From the NCBI GenBank assembly GCA_963701295.1, contig OY969585.1, positions 448,001 to 512,000 on the forward strand: a stretch of DNA of 64,000 bases. Reading direction: 5' to 3'. Below, piece after piece: positions 25,504 to 34,825 of this stretch. The notes under the pieces are model-generated. The model was not told where the DNA came from and did no database searches. It was given only the letters and a program-made list of their open reading frames with translations. How positions within the stretch are numbered: position 1 is the first letter of the stretch; the number at the start of each line of letters is the position of its first letter. This DNA comes from Ignavibacteriota bacterium (GTDB lineage: Bacteria > Bacteroidota > Ignavibacteria > UBA10030). The position numbers were made by a program, and so were the translations under genes.

Positions 25504-25610
25504 AGCTTATCGGGTGAAGTGACTTCACCCATACGTATTTTTATGCTCTGCGATGGAACACGCACCAGCACGCTATGCAGTTTGGCGTGTTCACCTTCAT
25601 CAATCCGCCC
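25504..25610 (+). repeat. diverged direct repeat with REP-like palindrome, copy 2
   Basis: AGCTTATCGGGTGAAGTGACTTCACCCATACGTATT...CTCTGCG. Confidence 0.7.
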
Positions 25611-25907
25611 AAAATATGGCGGATGCCCGCCAGGATACATGTTGGGTAAACACAAAACGCGAAAAACGGTAGACAAGCCACTTCATTTACAGAAACAAAG
25701 AAACTTGTTTTGCTGAAGTAACAGGCAAATGTAAATAACGTCAAGTAGCATGGTGCTTATTACCGTTTTCTTAGAATACACCAAGCACCTTTTTTTCTGA
25801 ACCTCCGATTTGTGAGTTACTCGTTTTTCTACTACATTCATGCCGTTCTATTCTGGATTATTGTCATCCCGCAAAAATGAACCGAACAATCATTACTGGA
25901 GGTCTCT

Positions 25908-27932
25908 ATGAGATGGTTTTTTTTCGGTTTACTCGCCGTTCTGTTTATTGTAACATGTTTCGCACAATCCAAACGGGCAATCGTATTCGACGATCTCATT
26001 GGTTTCGGGCGTGTCTCCGATCCGCAGATCTCTCCGGATGGAAAAACTGTTGCGTTTATCATTACCCGTCAGCTGAAAGAAGAAAACAAGTCTAACAGCA
26101 ATATCTACCTGGTTCCTATCGAAGGCGGAGAAGTCCGGCAATTGACAAATGCCAAAGATATCAATAACAATCCGTGCTGGCTTCCGGATGGGAAGGCGAT
26201 TGCTTTCATATCGACAAGGGACGGGACATCGCAAATATGGAAAATTCCCGTCAATGGCGGTGAAGCACTGAAAGTTTCACAGATAGCCACGGAGGCATCT
26301 AAGCTAATCGTTTCTCCGGACGGCAAGTGGTTTGCATTTGCGTCTGATGTGTATCCAGATTGCCCGGACGAAAATTGCAACAAACAGCGGCTCGAGTCGA
26401 TCGAGAAAAGTAAAGTGAAGGCAAAAATTTTCACGACGCTTCCATTTCGTGTGTGGAATTATTGGAAGGATGGAAAACGGAGCCACTTGTTTGTTATGCC
26501 GTCGGGCGGAGGGAAAGCAGTTGACGTGACGCCCGGTGACTACGACACTCCCCCTATCGACCTTGGCGGCAATTGGGATTATGCCTTCTCTCCGGACAGC
26601 AAGGAAATTGCTTTCACGAGAAATCCCGATACACTCGTGGCAATCAGCACCAATAATGAAATTTACGTCGTTCCTGTTGAAGGAGGTGTGATAAAGAAAA
26701 TTACAGATAATCCCGCGAATGACAGTCAGCCTCTCTATTCACCTGACGGGAAATACATCGCCTTCGAAATGATGCATCGGCCCGGATTTGAAGCAGACCG
26801 GCGGGAACTTGTTCTCTACGAACGGGCTTCTGGAAAATTCATCAATCTCACCGGCACATTCGATTACAGTGTTAGCGATGTTGTATGGTCTCCGGATTCG
26901 AAGTCGCTCTTTTTTAATTCAGACGATAAAGGGAATGTCACGATTTTTAATGTCCGCGTGAAAAATAAAAAGATCACTGCAATCCTCAACAAGGGCTTCA
27001 ATGAATCAATCCGGTTGACGCCCGATGGAAAGTCAATAATCTTCGCAAAGGAATCGATTAAACTGCCAGCAGAACTTTTCAAGATGGATATCAATGGAGA
27101 CAATCTGAAGCAAATAACATACACCAATGCAGGAAAATTATCCGAATTAGAGATGAATACCCTTGAAGATTTTTGGTTCGAAGGTGCCGCCGGAACACGC
27201 GTGCAGGGCTTTGTACTCAAACCGCCGTTGTTCAAAGAAGGGAAAAAATATCCGATGATTTTCCTGGTGCATGGAGGTCCGCAGGGGCAATGGGGCGATG
27301 AATTCCATTACCGGTGGAACGCACAGATGTTCGCTTCGCGCGGTTATATTGTTGTGATGATCAACCCGCGAGGCAGCACGGGCTACGGGCAAAAGTTCAC
27401 CGATGAAATCAGTAAAGATTGGGGTGGTAAGGTGTACGAAGATTTGATGAAGGGGCTTGACTATGTTGTCAGGTCTTATTCCTATATTGACAGCAATCGT
27501 GTCGCCGGCGCCGGTGCTTCATACGGAGGGTATATGATGAACTGGATACTCGGACATACTGATCGTTTTCGATGCATTGTATCGCATGACGGAGTATTCA
27601 ATCCTGCAAGTGCGTACGGTACTACAGAAGAGCTCTGGTTTGACGAATGGGAATTTAACGGAACGCCGTATAAAAACCCCGAGTTGTACAAGAAATGGTC
27701 GCCGATGGAATTCGCGAAAAACTTTAAGACACCGACACTGGTCATCCATGGCCAGCAGGATTATCGTCTCGACGTGAGTGAAGGATTTCAACTTTTTACA
27801 GCACTTCAGCGGCAGGGAGTGAAATCGAAAATGCTTTACTTCCCGGATGAATTCCACTTTGTTGTAAAGCCGCAAAACGCAGAACTGTGGTATAAAACAG
27901 TTTTGGATTGGATCGATGAGAATACAAAATGA
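25908..27932 (+). CDS. S9 family (dipeptidyl/acylaminoacyl) peptidase
   Basis: PD40 repeats (SPDGK), HGGPQG, GASYGG nucleophile, D-YR, FPDEFH. Confidence 0.93.
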   Translation: MRWFFFGLLAVLFIVTCFAQSKRAIVFDDLIGFGRVSDPQISPDGKTVAFIITRQLKEENKSNSNIYLVPIEGGEVRQLTNAKDINNNPCWLPDGKAIAFISTRDGTSQIWKIPVNGGEALKVSQIATEASKLIVSPDGKWFAFASDVYPDCPDENCNKQRLESIEKSKVKAKIFTTLPFRVWNYWKDGKRSHLFVMPSGGGKAVDVTPGDYDTPPIDLGGNWDYAFSPDSKEIAFTRNPDTLVAISTNNEIYVVPVEGGVIKKITDNPANDSQPLYSPDGKYIAFEMMHRPGFEADRRELVLYERASGKFINLTGTFDYSVSDVVWSPDSKSLFFNSDDKGNVTIFNVRVKNKKITAILNKGFNESIRLTPDGKSIIFAKESIKLPAELFKMDINGDNLKQITYTNAGKLSELEMNTLEDFWFEGAAGTRVQGFVLKPPLFKEGKKYPMIFLVHGGPQGQWGDEFHYRWNAQMFASRGYIVVMINPRGSTGYGQKFTDEISKDWGGKVYEDLMKGLDYVVRSYSYIDSNRVAGAGASYGGYMMNWILGHTDRFRCIVSHDGVFNPASAYGTTEELWFDEWEFNGTPYKNPELYKKWSPMEFAKNFKTPTLVIHGQQDYRLDVSEGFQLFTALQRQGVKSKMLYFPDEFHFVVKPQNAELWYKTVLDWIDENTK

Positions 27933-28096
27933 TACACGCTTTATATTTGGTCATAACTCCTCTACGTTAGGAGTAAAAACACATATATTACAATTTACTT
28001 TATTGTATGACGCACAACTTGACGGGAGTTGAGTTGCCCCCAGAAGAATCAGTCGGCATGCTTAGATAAACCGTCTGGTAGAACACGGAGGACAAA

Positions 28097-28792
28097 ATGA
28101 CAACCAAGAGCCGCTTGGCAGATTTCGATCACCCGATTATTAAAAAGAAAGCCGCGGAACTAATGCTTGGGAAGCAAACCATTGTGGATAAACTTGAGAG
28201 CATCTTTTCGTTCGTTCGTGACGGAATTAGGTTTGGATTCCCGCCCAAGTGGGATGAAGTGAAAGCGTCTCAGGTCATCAGTTACGGTTTAGGTTACTGC
28301 AATACGAAGGCAACTCTCTTCCATGCTCTCAGTCAAGCTTGTGACATACCTACACGCGTCCATTTCGGCCTGATCGACATCAGGATTATGCGAGGAATAC
28401 TCCCTTCATTTGCTTTTCCCTTCATGCCAAAAGCCGGCGGACACTCTTGGATTGAGGTGCAGCTGGATGGCCAATGGAAACCCATTGACTCCTATATCAA
28501 CGACAAGGTGTTTTATGAAAGAGCTCTCAAGCGGCTAAGTGCCGCTGGAAAGGCAATCGGCTATTCAATTTCCTTCGTTGAAGGGAAATCCAGCTGTGAA
28601 TTCAACTTCGGTGAGAAAGGTTTTGTACACATGGGAGCGGTTGTGGAAGATCACGGCGTCTGGGAAGATCCGGCAGAATACTTTGCTTCACTTAAGTACC
28701 GTCGGTTGAATACGATCCAATCAATGTTCTATCCCGTTCTTGCTTTGTTGGTAAATCGCAATGTTGAAGGTATTCGCGCGAGCGCAGTTTGA
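28097..28792 (+). CDS. transglutaminase-like domain protein
   Basis: GYCNTKA...HSWIEV...W..ID Cys-His-Asp triad. Confidence 0.85.
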   Translation: MTTKSRLADFDHPIIKKKAAELMLGKQTIVDKLESIFSFVRDGIRFGFPPKWDEVKASQVISYGLGYCNTKATLFHALSQACDIPTRVHFGLIDIRIMRGILPSFAFPFMPKAGGHSWIEVQLDGQWKPIDSYINDKVFYERALKRLSAAGKAIGYSISFVEGKSSCEFNFGEKGFVHMGAVVEDHGVWEDPAEYFASLKYRRLNTIQSMFYPVLALLVNRNVEGIRASAV

Positions 28793-28804
28793 TCTCAGCC
28801 CATC

Positions 28805-28865
28805 AAGCTTATCGGGCGAAGGCACTTCGTCCCTGCTCACGGGCTTGATAAATCAAGCCCCTACG
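28805..28865. repeat. two adjacent REP-like palindromes
   Basis: AAGCTTATCGGGCGAAGGCACTTCGTCCC and GGGCTTGATAAATCAAGCCCCTAC (GTAG foot on the minus strand). Confidence 0.7.
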
Positions 28866-29223
28866 ACCGACAATTCCCATCCTCTTACAATCTCAAATTC
28901 TCAATTCTTCACTCTCCACCGTTTATCACTCACCGTTCTCTCTCCACTGTTTACTATTCGCTGTTTACTATTCACTGTTCACCACTTCCTCACTCCCCAA
29001 CTTTTCAACTACACACTAACCAACTACGAACTAGTTACACAGTTTCTCTCTTGCTTCTCTCCTGCTATTCTCTTGCATCTCATACAACAACTGTTTAAAT
29101 TTTCTTTTTAACTGACAGTATCGAAAATCAAATCAAGATTGAAACAGCGCCGGTAGATTTCGTAATCCGGCATCTTTGAAAATGTAGTTTATATAACATG
29201 GCAAAGAAAGGAACGATCGCACT

Positions 29224-31173
29224 ATGTCAACAGACTTGCAGACTTCCGGCACCATTTTAAAAAAAGTTTTATTTTCTATATTATTATTGTTGAGTACTAT
29301 TGGTATATCTTACTCACAGCAGTGCGGTCAATGCTCATACCCGAGAATTATTTTTTATGACTGTACTATACAAGTCCCTCGCCCAACGATACAGGATTCA
29401 TTATCGAGCTGGTGGGCTTTGGCGTGGCCGGCGTTTTGGGCACACACTTCAATTGTCAATGACGATGAAACTGGCGGTTGTATCTCTTACATTGATAGAG
29501 GGAGCACTTTTTCATTATTATCGCATGGAGATACTTATCTAAGTGATGTAGATTACGCGAATTTGCCCCCCTCTGGCGCAATTAATTCAGCTGACTATAT
29601 CTTTGTCAGTTATGTCTCTGGCTCAAACGGAAATTATACGTTGACCTTACAGCTCCAGACGGCTGTATCGCGGGAGGTTGTAAAAAGCATTAGTGAAAAC
29701 TTTACCGGTGACCCTGCAAGCAGAGAGCCTGCCGGCGAAGCGGCCGCGTCTGCATTTCTGCCGCTCATCCAAACTATCTGGAACTATGAAGTGAATAAAC
29801 GGAATACTGACGTTACTGTTGCAATGTGTGATGTGAAATATCAAATGCCAAATATAGTGACGGTGACGCCGGAGAAAACAAAGGTAGATACGGGGGAGAC
29901 CATCAACGTTAACGTTGAAATGTATGATTGTGACGGTGCCCCTTTAGGGAATCGGACAATTTATTTCACAGATACCACTGTCAATGGTTTATCGCTCAAA
30001 GGTACAACCGGCGGTAAAATGAATCCATCTGTTGTCACTACTGATTCTCACGGAAAAGCATCCGTTCAATTCACAACAACTCAGAACATGGGTTATTCGC
30101 ATATTGTCGCTTGGTATCCACATAAGAAGCCTTGCGGAAGAGCAGGTTCATTTATGGGTACGGCAGATGTTTTGACCAAGATGGCGGGTAAGAATATCTG
30201 GGTCGTCCAGGGATCGATATCATCACAGACTATTACCACCGGTGACACTAATGTCACATATGTAGCAGGATACAGCACGTATCAAAGGGACTATCAGGAT
30301 AATGCCTCGGCATCTTTTATTGCATTCTTCTATGTAGACAACGGCAGCGATACAACAATAAGCCTCGCTGATTATCAAGAAGATGATCCAGAATTCAAGA
30401 TAACCATTTCCGGGTCCGAGCAACAGGATTTGTTCTACAAAACTGATGTTGAAGCGGAAGGCGTCACTCCTGACGTTTATATCAAGACGGAACACACAGT
30501 CGGACAGTTATTCGACTACAGCGATACCGGCTTCGAGTTCTATTACCCGGCTGATCCTAGTAGTACGGCAGTCGGTTTTATATGCGGAGGACAAGGGCAA
30601 TGCACAGGGAATATAAAAAAAACGGATACCAATCCCCAATTTCATTGGGATGATGACAGTTATAGCGTCGAGAGCGATTGCAGCATTTCGGGCTATTTCA
30701 ATGGGAACGAATGTACAATGACCAGAAACGGAAACTCATATTCGGTTACAGGCGACCAAACTCACGTGGAGCATGAGTACGAAGGTGCAGACCAAGGCAC
30801 ACAGATTACAAAAGTGTATAACCACATTACTGCCAAGATCTGGCTTTATGATTCAACAGCAACTGCGATACATCAATTAAAAGGATTACTGCCTTTCACA
30901 AACAAGTTGCTCCAGAACTTTCCAAACCCATTCAACCCGGAAACAAATATCGGATATCAACTGGCTTCGAACAGTTTCGTTACTCTTAAAGTATATGACA
31001 TTCTTGGAAGAGAAGTAGCGACATTGGTAAATCAACGCCAAAATGCCGGAGACCATAGTATAATGTTCAATACTTCAAAATATTCGAGTGGAGTCTATTT
31101 CTATCGCATCCAAGCAATTGAAAATAGCAGCAAGAATTTTACATCGATAAAGAAGCTCATGGTGTTGAAATAG
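29224..31173 (+). CDS. Cys-rich exported protein with Ig-like domain and T9SS C-terminal domain
   Basis: Signal peptide; VVTTDSHGKASVQF Ig-like motif; QNFPNPFNPET...SGVYFYRI...KKLMVLK. Confidence 0.8.
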   Translation: MSTDLQTSGTILKKVLFSILLLLSTIGISYSQQCGQCSYPRIIFYDCTIQVPRPTIQDSLSSWWALAWPAFWAHTSIVNDDETGGCISYIDRGSTFSLLSHGDTYLSDVDYANLPPSGAINSADYIFVSYVSGSNGNYTLTLQLQTAVSREVVKSISENFTGDPASREPAGEAAASAFLPLIQTIWNYEVNKRNTDVTVAMCDVKYQMPNIVTVTPEKTKVDTGETINVNVEMYDCDGAPLGNRTIYFTDTTVNGLSLKGTTGGKMNPSVVTTDSHGKASVQFTTTQNMGYSHIVAWYPHKKPCGRAGSFMGTADVLTKMAGKNIWVVQGSISSQTITTGDTNVTYVAGYSTYQRDYQDNASASFIAFFYVDNGSDTTISLADYQEDDPEFKITISGSEQQDLFYKTDVEAEGVTPDVYIKTEHTVGQLFDYSDTGFEFYYPADPSSTAVGFICGGQGQCTGNIKKTDTNPQFHWDDDSYSVESDCSISGYFNGNECTMTRNGNSYSVTGDQTHVEHEYEGADQGTQITKVYNHITAKIWLYDSTATAIHQLKGLLPFTNKLLQNFPNPFNPETNIGYQLASNSFVTLKVYDILGREVATLVNQRQNAGDHSIMFNTSKYSSGVYFYRIQAIENSSKNFTSIKKLMVLK

Positions 31174-31576
31174 CAGTCCGCGTCAGGCAAGGAATTCTTT
31201 TGAGGAGTTGGGAATAAAGGGGCCCTCGACAAAAAAAGACATGGAGTTAAACTCCGGCATTCTATCTTGCCTCAGGAGTGGATTAATCTGCCGAAATCAC
31301 GTTCTCTGTGACGCAGGGGGAACTCCTTCGGAACAACGAGGAAATTTCCTGCTATTCGTTCATAGACTCCACTGCTCTTTTACTCATCTACTCATAGACG
31401 GCTTACTCTTTACCATTTACTCTTCACTCTTTACTGTCTTTCCCTCCCCTTGCTTCTCTTCCTAAAACTTACTACACTTTACCCAAGTAGTTTCCATTCC
31501 TAGCCATTTTGCAGGATTCGCTTCAACGCTGCACTGCAATCGCAACTGCTGAGAACTTTGTTCAGGAGGAATTAGC

Positions 31577-31999
31577 ATGGATCAGCCGGTACTTTCCGAT
31601 AAAACACAATTTCCCACGGAAGAAATAATCTCTTTGCATCTCGGGAAAACAAAAAACATCTGGGATTCCTTTTTTGAATATCTTCACGAGAACCATCCCG
31701 ATATGAGTTCGGAGTGGCGGTATTACAATGACGGGAAAAGTTGGCTGATGAAGAATACACGGAAGAAAAAGACGGTCTTCTGGTTATCCATTCTCAAAGG
31801 GACTTTCAGAATTACTTTTTACTTTACCGACAGAGCAGCTAAGGCAATTGCGGATAGTAATATTCCCGCGGAAATGAAAAAGCAGTTCAAAGATGGAAAA
31901 CATTATGGCAAAATCCGGGGACTGACGGTTTTATTTAAATATAAAAAGGATATCGAGACTGCAAAAACACTCTTAGCGATTAAATTGAGCATTAAATAA
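31577..31999 (+). CDS. DUF3788-like protein
   Basis: EWRYYNDGKSWL..KKKTVFW pattern; strong AGGAGG SD. Confidence 0.75.
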   Translation: MDQPVLSDKTQFPTEEIISLHLGKTKNIWDSFFEYLHENHPDMSSEWRYYNDGKSWLMKNTRKKKTVFWLSILKGTFRITFYFTDRAAKAIADSNIPAEMKKQFKDGKHYGKIRGLTVLFKYKKDIETAKTLLAIKLSIK

Positions 32000-32318
32000 A
32001 ACAGCAAGAACCGACTGCGCGGTGGGAGAGCCATTCAGAGAGGCGGATATATGTATCAATACTTAATGAAGTTAATTCGACCCCTGTGACACATCTGTTA
32101 ATCGACTCAAAGACTCATAGGCTCTTAGACTCGACTTGCATTTTCTTGCTTTTCAAACCAAAAAATACCACACTAAAAAGAGAAGCAACTCAAATGCATA
32201 AACCAACGCATGTTGCTTCACATTCTTTTTTTCCCAAAAACGCTTGAAACATTCTGTGTTTTAAGAGTGAATTAGCAAAGTATTTTCACTACTTTTAAAA
32301 TATAGATGAAGAATACTT

Positions 32319-33806
32319 ATGAATAAATTTGAATTCAGTAATAAAGTCGTTGAGAACATTCTGCAGGAGTTGCGGAGGGCAAGGAAATACATAAGAATTG
32401 CTGTATTTCAAATTCACCAAGAAGATGTTTTTGCTCTTTTAATCGAAAAACTTAAGCAAGGCGTAAGAGTTGAAATCATCACTCTTCCTTACGATTCAAT
32501 TAATCTTGATGTACAGTTAAATGTTACTGCACACTTTGAGAAACTTAAATCCAATGGAGCTCGATTACATTTTTGTGGATGGAACGTTGGTGATCCTGAA
32601 AGAACATCAACCGCAATCGGAAGATGGTATTCATTCCACGGAAAATTCATCGTTACTGACAAATCAGCAATTTCACTTTCAGCAAATTTTACAACTAAGA
32701 ACGAACTTGATTGCAGTCTGATTTCAAATGACGCGAAAATGATTTCGCATTACAACTTCAAATTTGATGAGTTGTATAATCTTTTCGTAAAAGAAACAGA
32801 TGGTTATTCAGGTTCAATCCGAAAAAAGGTTTTAGAGGCGAATCCAAATGCAAGCGAACTTTTCAAGTTGCCAAAAGTCATTGAAACCAAAACACACGAA
32901 AGGCATTGGATTCATCACTACCCTTCTTCTCTTTGTCCTCAATTAGTACCAGCGGAAGACGGACTATTCATTGTTCCGTTTGATATTCGCGGAAGAAGCT
33001 TTTATGAGGAGAAAATTAAGAGCGCTAAGAAATTTGTTTTCATTTCAACCGAAAGTTTTACAGATACAGATTTTGCAGATTTCCTGATTAAAACTTCTCT
33101 TAAAGATTTACAGATAAATATTCTCACAGGAGCAACGAGCATGGACTTTGCAGACAGAATGCAAGCCATGCTTCGTGATTTACTTGCAAATAATATCAAA
33201 GTAAAAACTATCAATGACGATTTGCATGGCAAACTTTTACTCACCGACAAACATCTTGTTATAAGTTCAATCAACTTGAATAAGATGAATCTTGGCTTTA
33301 ATAAGACTAGTCAATTTTGGAGAGAAAACACGGAAACAATTACTGTATGCTCCGATAAAGCAGTAATCGTCGAAGCTAAGAAACAGTTCTCTACAACCTT
33401 TAAGAAAGCAATAGATATTGAAGATATATTGGTAAAGAAATTATTATCAAAAGTTGGAAATGTTTTTTCAAAATACTACGGAATCAAATCAGACAAAGAA
33501 GCGAAGAACTTGTTTGCAAAGTTTCTTTTAAGGCAGGAAATTTATGTAAAGAAATTAGCGACAACAGTTGCTAAAATTAGTGGGAGAATTATTACAAAGT
33601 TGAAAAAGAAAAAAGTATGTAAGAATGAATTTATTATGTCGTTAATCCTATATTTCCTTACAGAAAGGAAATTATCAAAGAATGAGATAAAGGATAAAAT
33701 TGATGTGCTGGATACTACTTATGATTTATCCTCATTAATAAAAATTCTTGTAGCAGAAAAATTTATTGAAAAAGATGGCGATTATTATAAAATTAAGATA
33801 ACCTGA
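32319..33806 (+). CDS. tandem phospholipase-D-domain protein with C-terminal winged helix; putative nuclease
   Basis: Two HxKxxxxD motifs (FHGKFIVTD...SANF; LHGKLLLTD...SINL); AT-rich; 12 bp upstream of a DNA methyltransferase. Confidence 0.8.
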   Translation: MNKFEFSNKVVENILQELRRARKYIRIAVFQIHQEDVFALLIEKLKQGVRVEIITLPYDSINLDVQLNVTAHFEKLKSNGARLHFCGWNVGDPERTSTAIGRWYSFHGKFIVTDKSAISLSANFTTKNELDCSLISNDAKMISHYNFKFDELYNLFVKETDGYSGSIRKKVLEANPNASELFKLPKVIETKTHERHWIHHYPSSLCPQLVPAEDGLFIVPFDIRGRSFYEEKIKSAKKFVFISTESFTDTDFADFLIKTSLKDLQINILTGATSMDFADRMQAMLRDLLANNIKVKTINDDLHGKLLLTDKHLVISSINLNKMNLGFNKTSQFWRENTETITVCSDKAVIVEAKKQFSTTFKKAIDIEDILVKKLLSKVGNVFSKYYGIKSDKEAKNLFAKFLLRQEIYVKKLATTVAKISGRIITKLKKKKVCKNEFIMSLILYFLTERKLSKNEIKDKIDVLDTTYDLSSLIKILVAEKFIEKDGDYYKIKIT

Positions 33807-33818
33807 GAATAAATTTAA

Positions 33819-34703
33819 ATGAATAGTGAACTAATAAAAGGAAATTGTTTAGCGTTTCTAAAAGGCAAATTAGAGCGATATTTTGATTTGACATTTCTGG
33901 ACCCACCTTTTAATCAAGGTAAATATTATGAAGGGCATGACGACAATATGGATGCAAACGAATATTGGAAATGGATGAAAGAAATATGTTATCATATATT
34001 CCAACACACAGAAGAAGGTGGTTGCATCTATTTTATGCAACGAGAAAAAAACACTCAATATGTTTTAGATACATTATCGACAACTGGTTGGCATTTCCAG
34101 AATATCATTATTTGGAAAAAGAAATCTTCGGCTGTTCCTCAAAACAACAGGTTCGGGAAGCAATATCAAGTGATTGCCTTTGCGACAAAAGGAAATCCAC
34201 CCCGGGTATTTAACAAACTTAGAATTGACCCGCCGCTCTTGGTAACAGAAAAATATGCAAGGGAGAACGGAATGTATGTAACTGATGTTTGGGATGACAT
34301 CCGAGAATTAACCTCTGGTTACTTTGCAGGGGACGAACCATTAAGAGTTGAAGACGGTTCACGTCTCCATAAACAACAAGCACCAGTTCAATTATTGGCT
34401 AGAATAATTTTAAGTTCCTCTAAAGTTGGTGATTTAATCTTTGATCCGTTTGCAGGAACAGCAACTACTCTAGTTGTTGCAAAACAATTGTTGAGAAATT
34501 CAATTGGGATTGAATTGAATCCATTAAACATAGAGAGCGCAGAAAAAAGATTGTCTGAATTAAGGAACAGCGATAATATTTTAAAATTCCGCAACGATTA
34601 TCGATACACGGAAGGACTCGATGATATTTGGAGAGTAACCGACAAACCATCTATTCCATTGCCTGTTAAATCAAAAGATGGAACACTTGCATTTAAGTTT
34701 TAA
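33819..34703 (+). CDS. beta-class N6-adenine/N4-cytosine DNA methyltransferase
   Basis: Motif IV DPPF precedes motif I DPFAGTATT; TDVW, HKQQAP. Confidence 0.92.
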   Translation: MNSELIKGNCLAFLKGKLERYFDLTFLDPPFNQGKYYEGHDDNMDANEYWKWMKEICYHIFQHTEEGGCIYFMQREKNTQYVLDTLSTTGWHFQNIIIWKKKSSAVPQNNRFGKQYQVIAFATKGNPPRVFNKLRIDPPLLVTEKYARENGMYVTDVWDDIRELTSGYFAGDEPLRVEDGSRLHKQQAPVQLLARIILSSSKVGDLIFDPFAGTATTLVVAKQLLRNSIGIELNPLNIESAEKRLSELRNSDNILKFRNDYRYTEGLDDIWRVTDKPSIPLPVKSKDGTLAFKF

Positions 34704-34807
34704 AGTCTCACACCTCTTAACCTCAGCGAGTTCGTCACCACACTCACGGAACTCAGCGCCATTGCCCCTGCAGCAAACATAGAGTTGAGTAAACCCATCG
34801 CCGCCAA
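34700..34807 (-). repeat. displaced copA 3' end, copy A
   Basis: 108 bp with 7 differences from 37863-37970; reads [35 protein letters not shown]. Confidence 0.95.
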
Positions 34808-34825
34808 CTAAGGGAGCTCAAAAAA

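Noticed and set aside
17020-28865. Possible CRISPR array from recurring palindromic repeats
   Set aside because: Copies are kilobases apart with no regular spacers and there are no cas genes; better explained as REP-like elements.
28761-29111. 116-aa and 85-aa (31208-31465) Leu/Phe/Thr-rich ORFs
   Set aside because: Products of low-complexity pyrimidine tracts; no SD or protein-like features.
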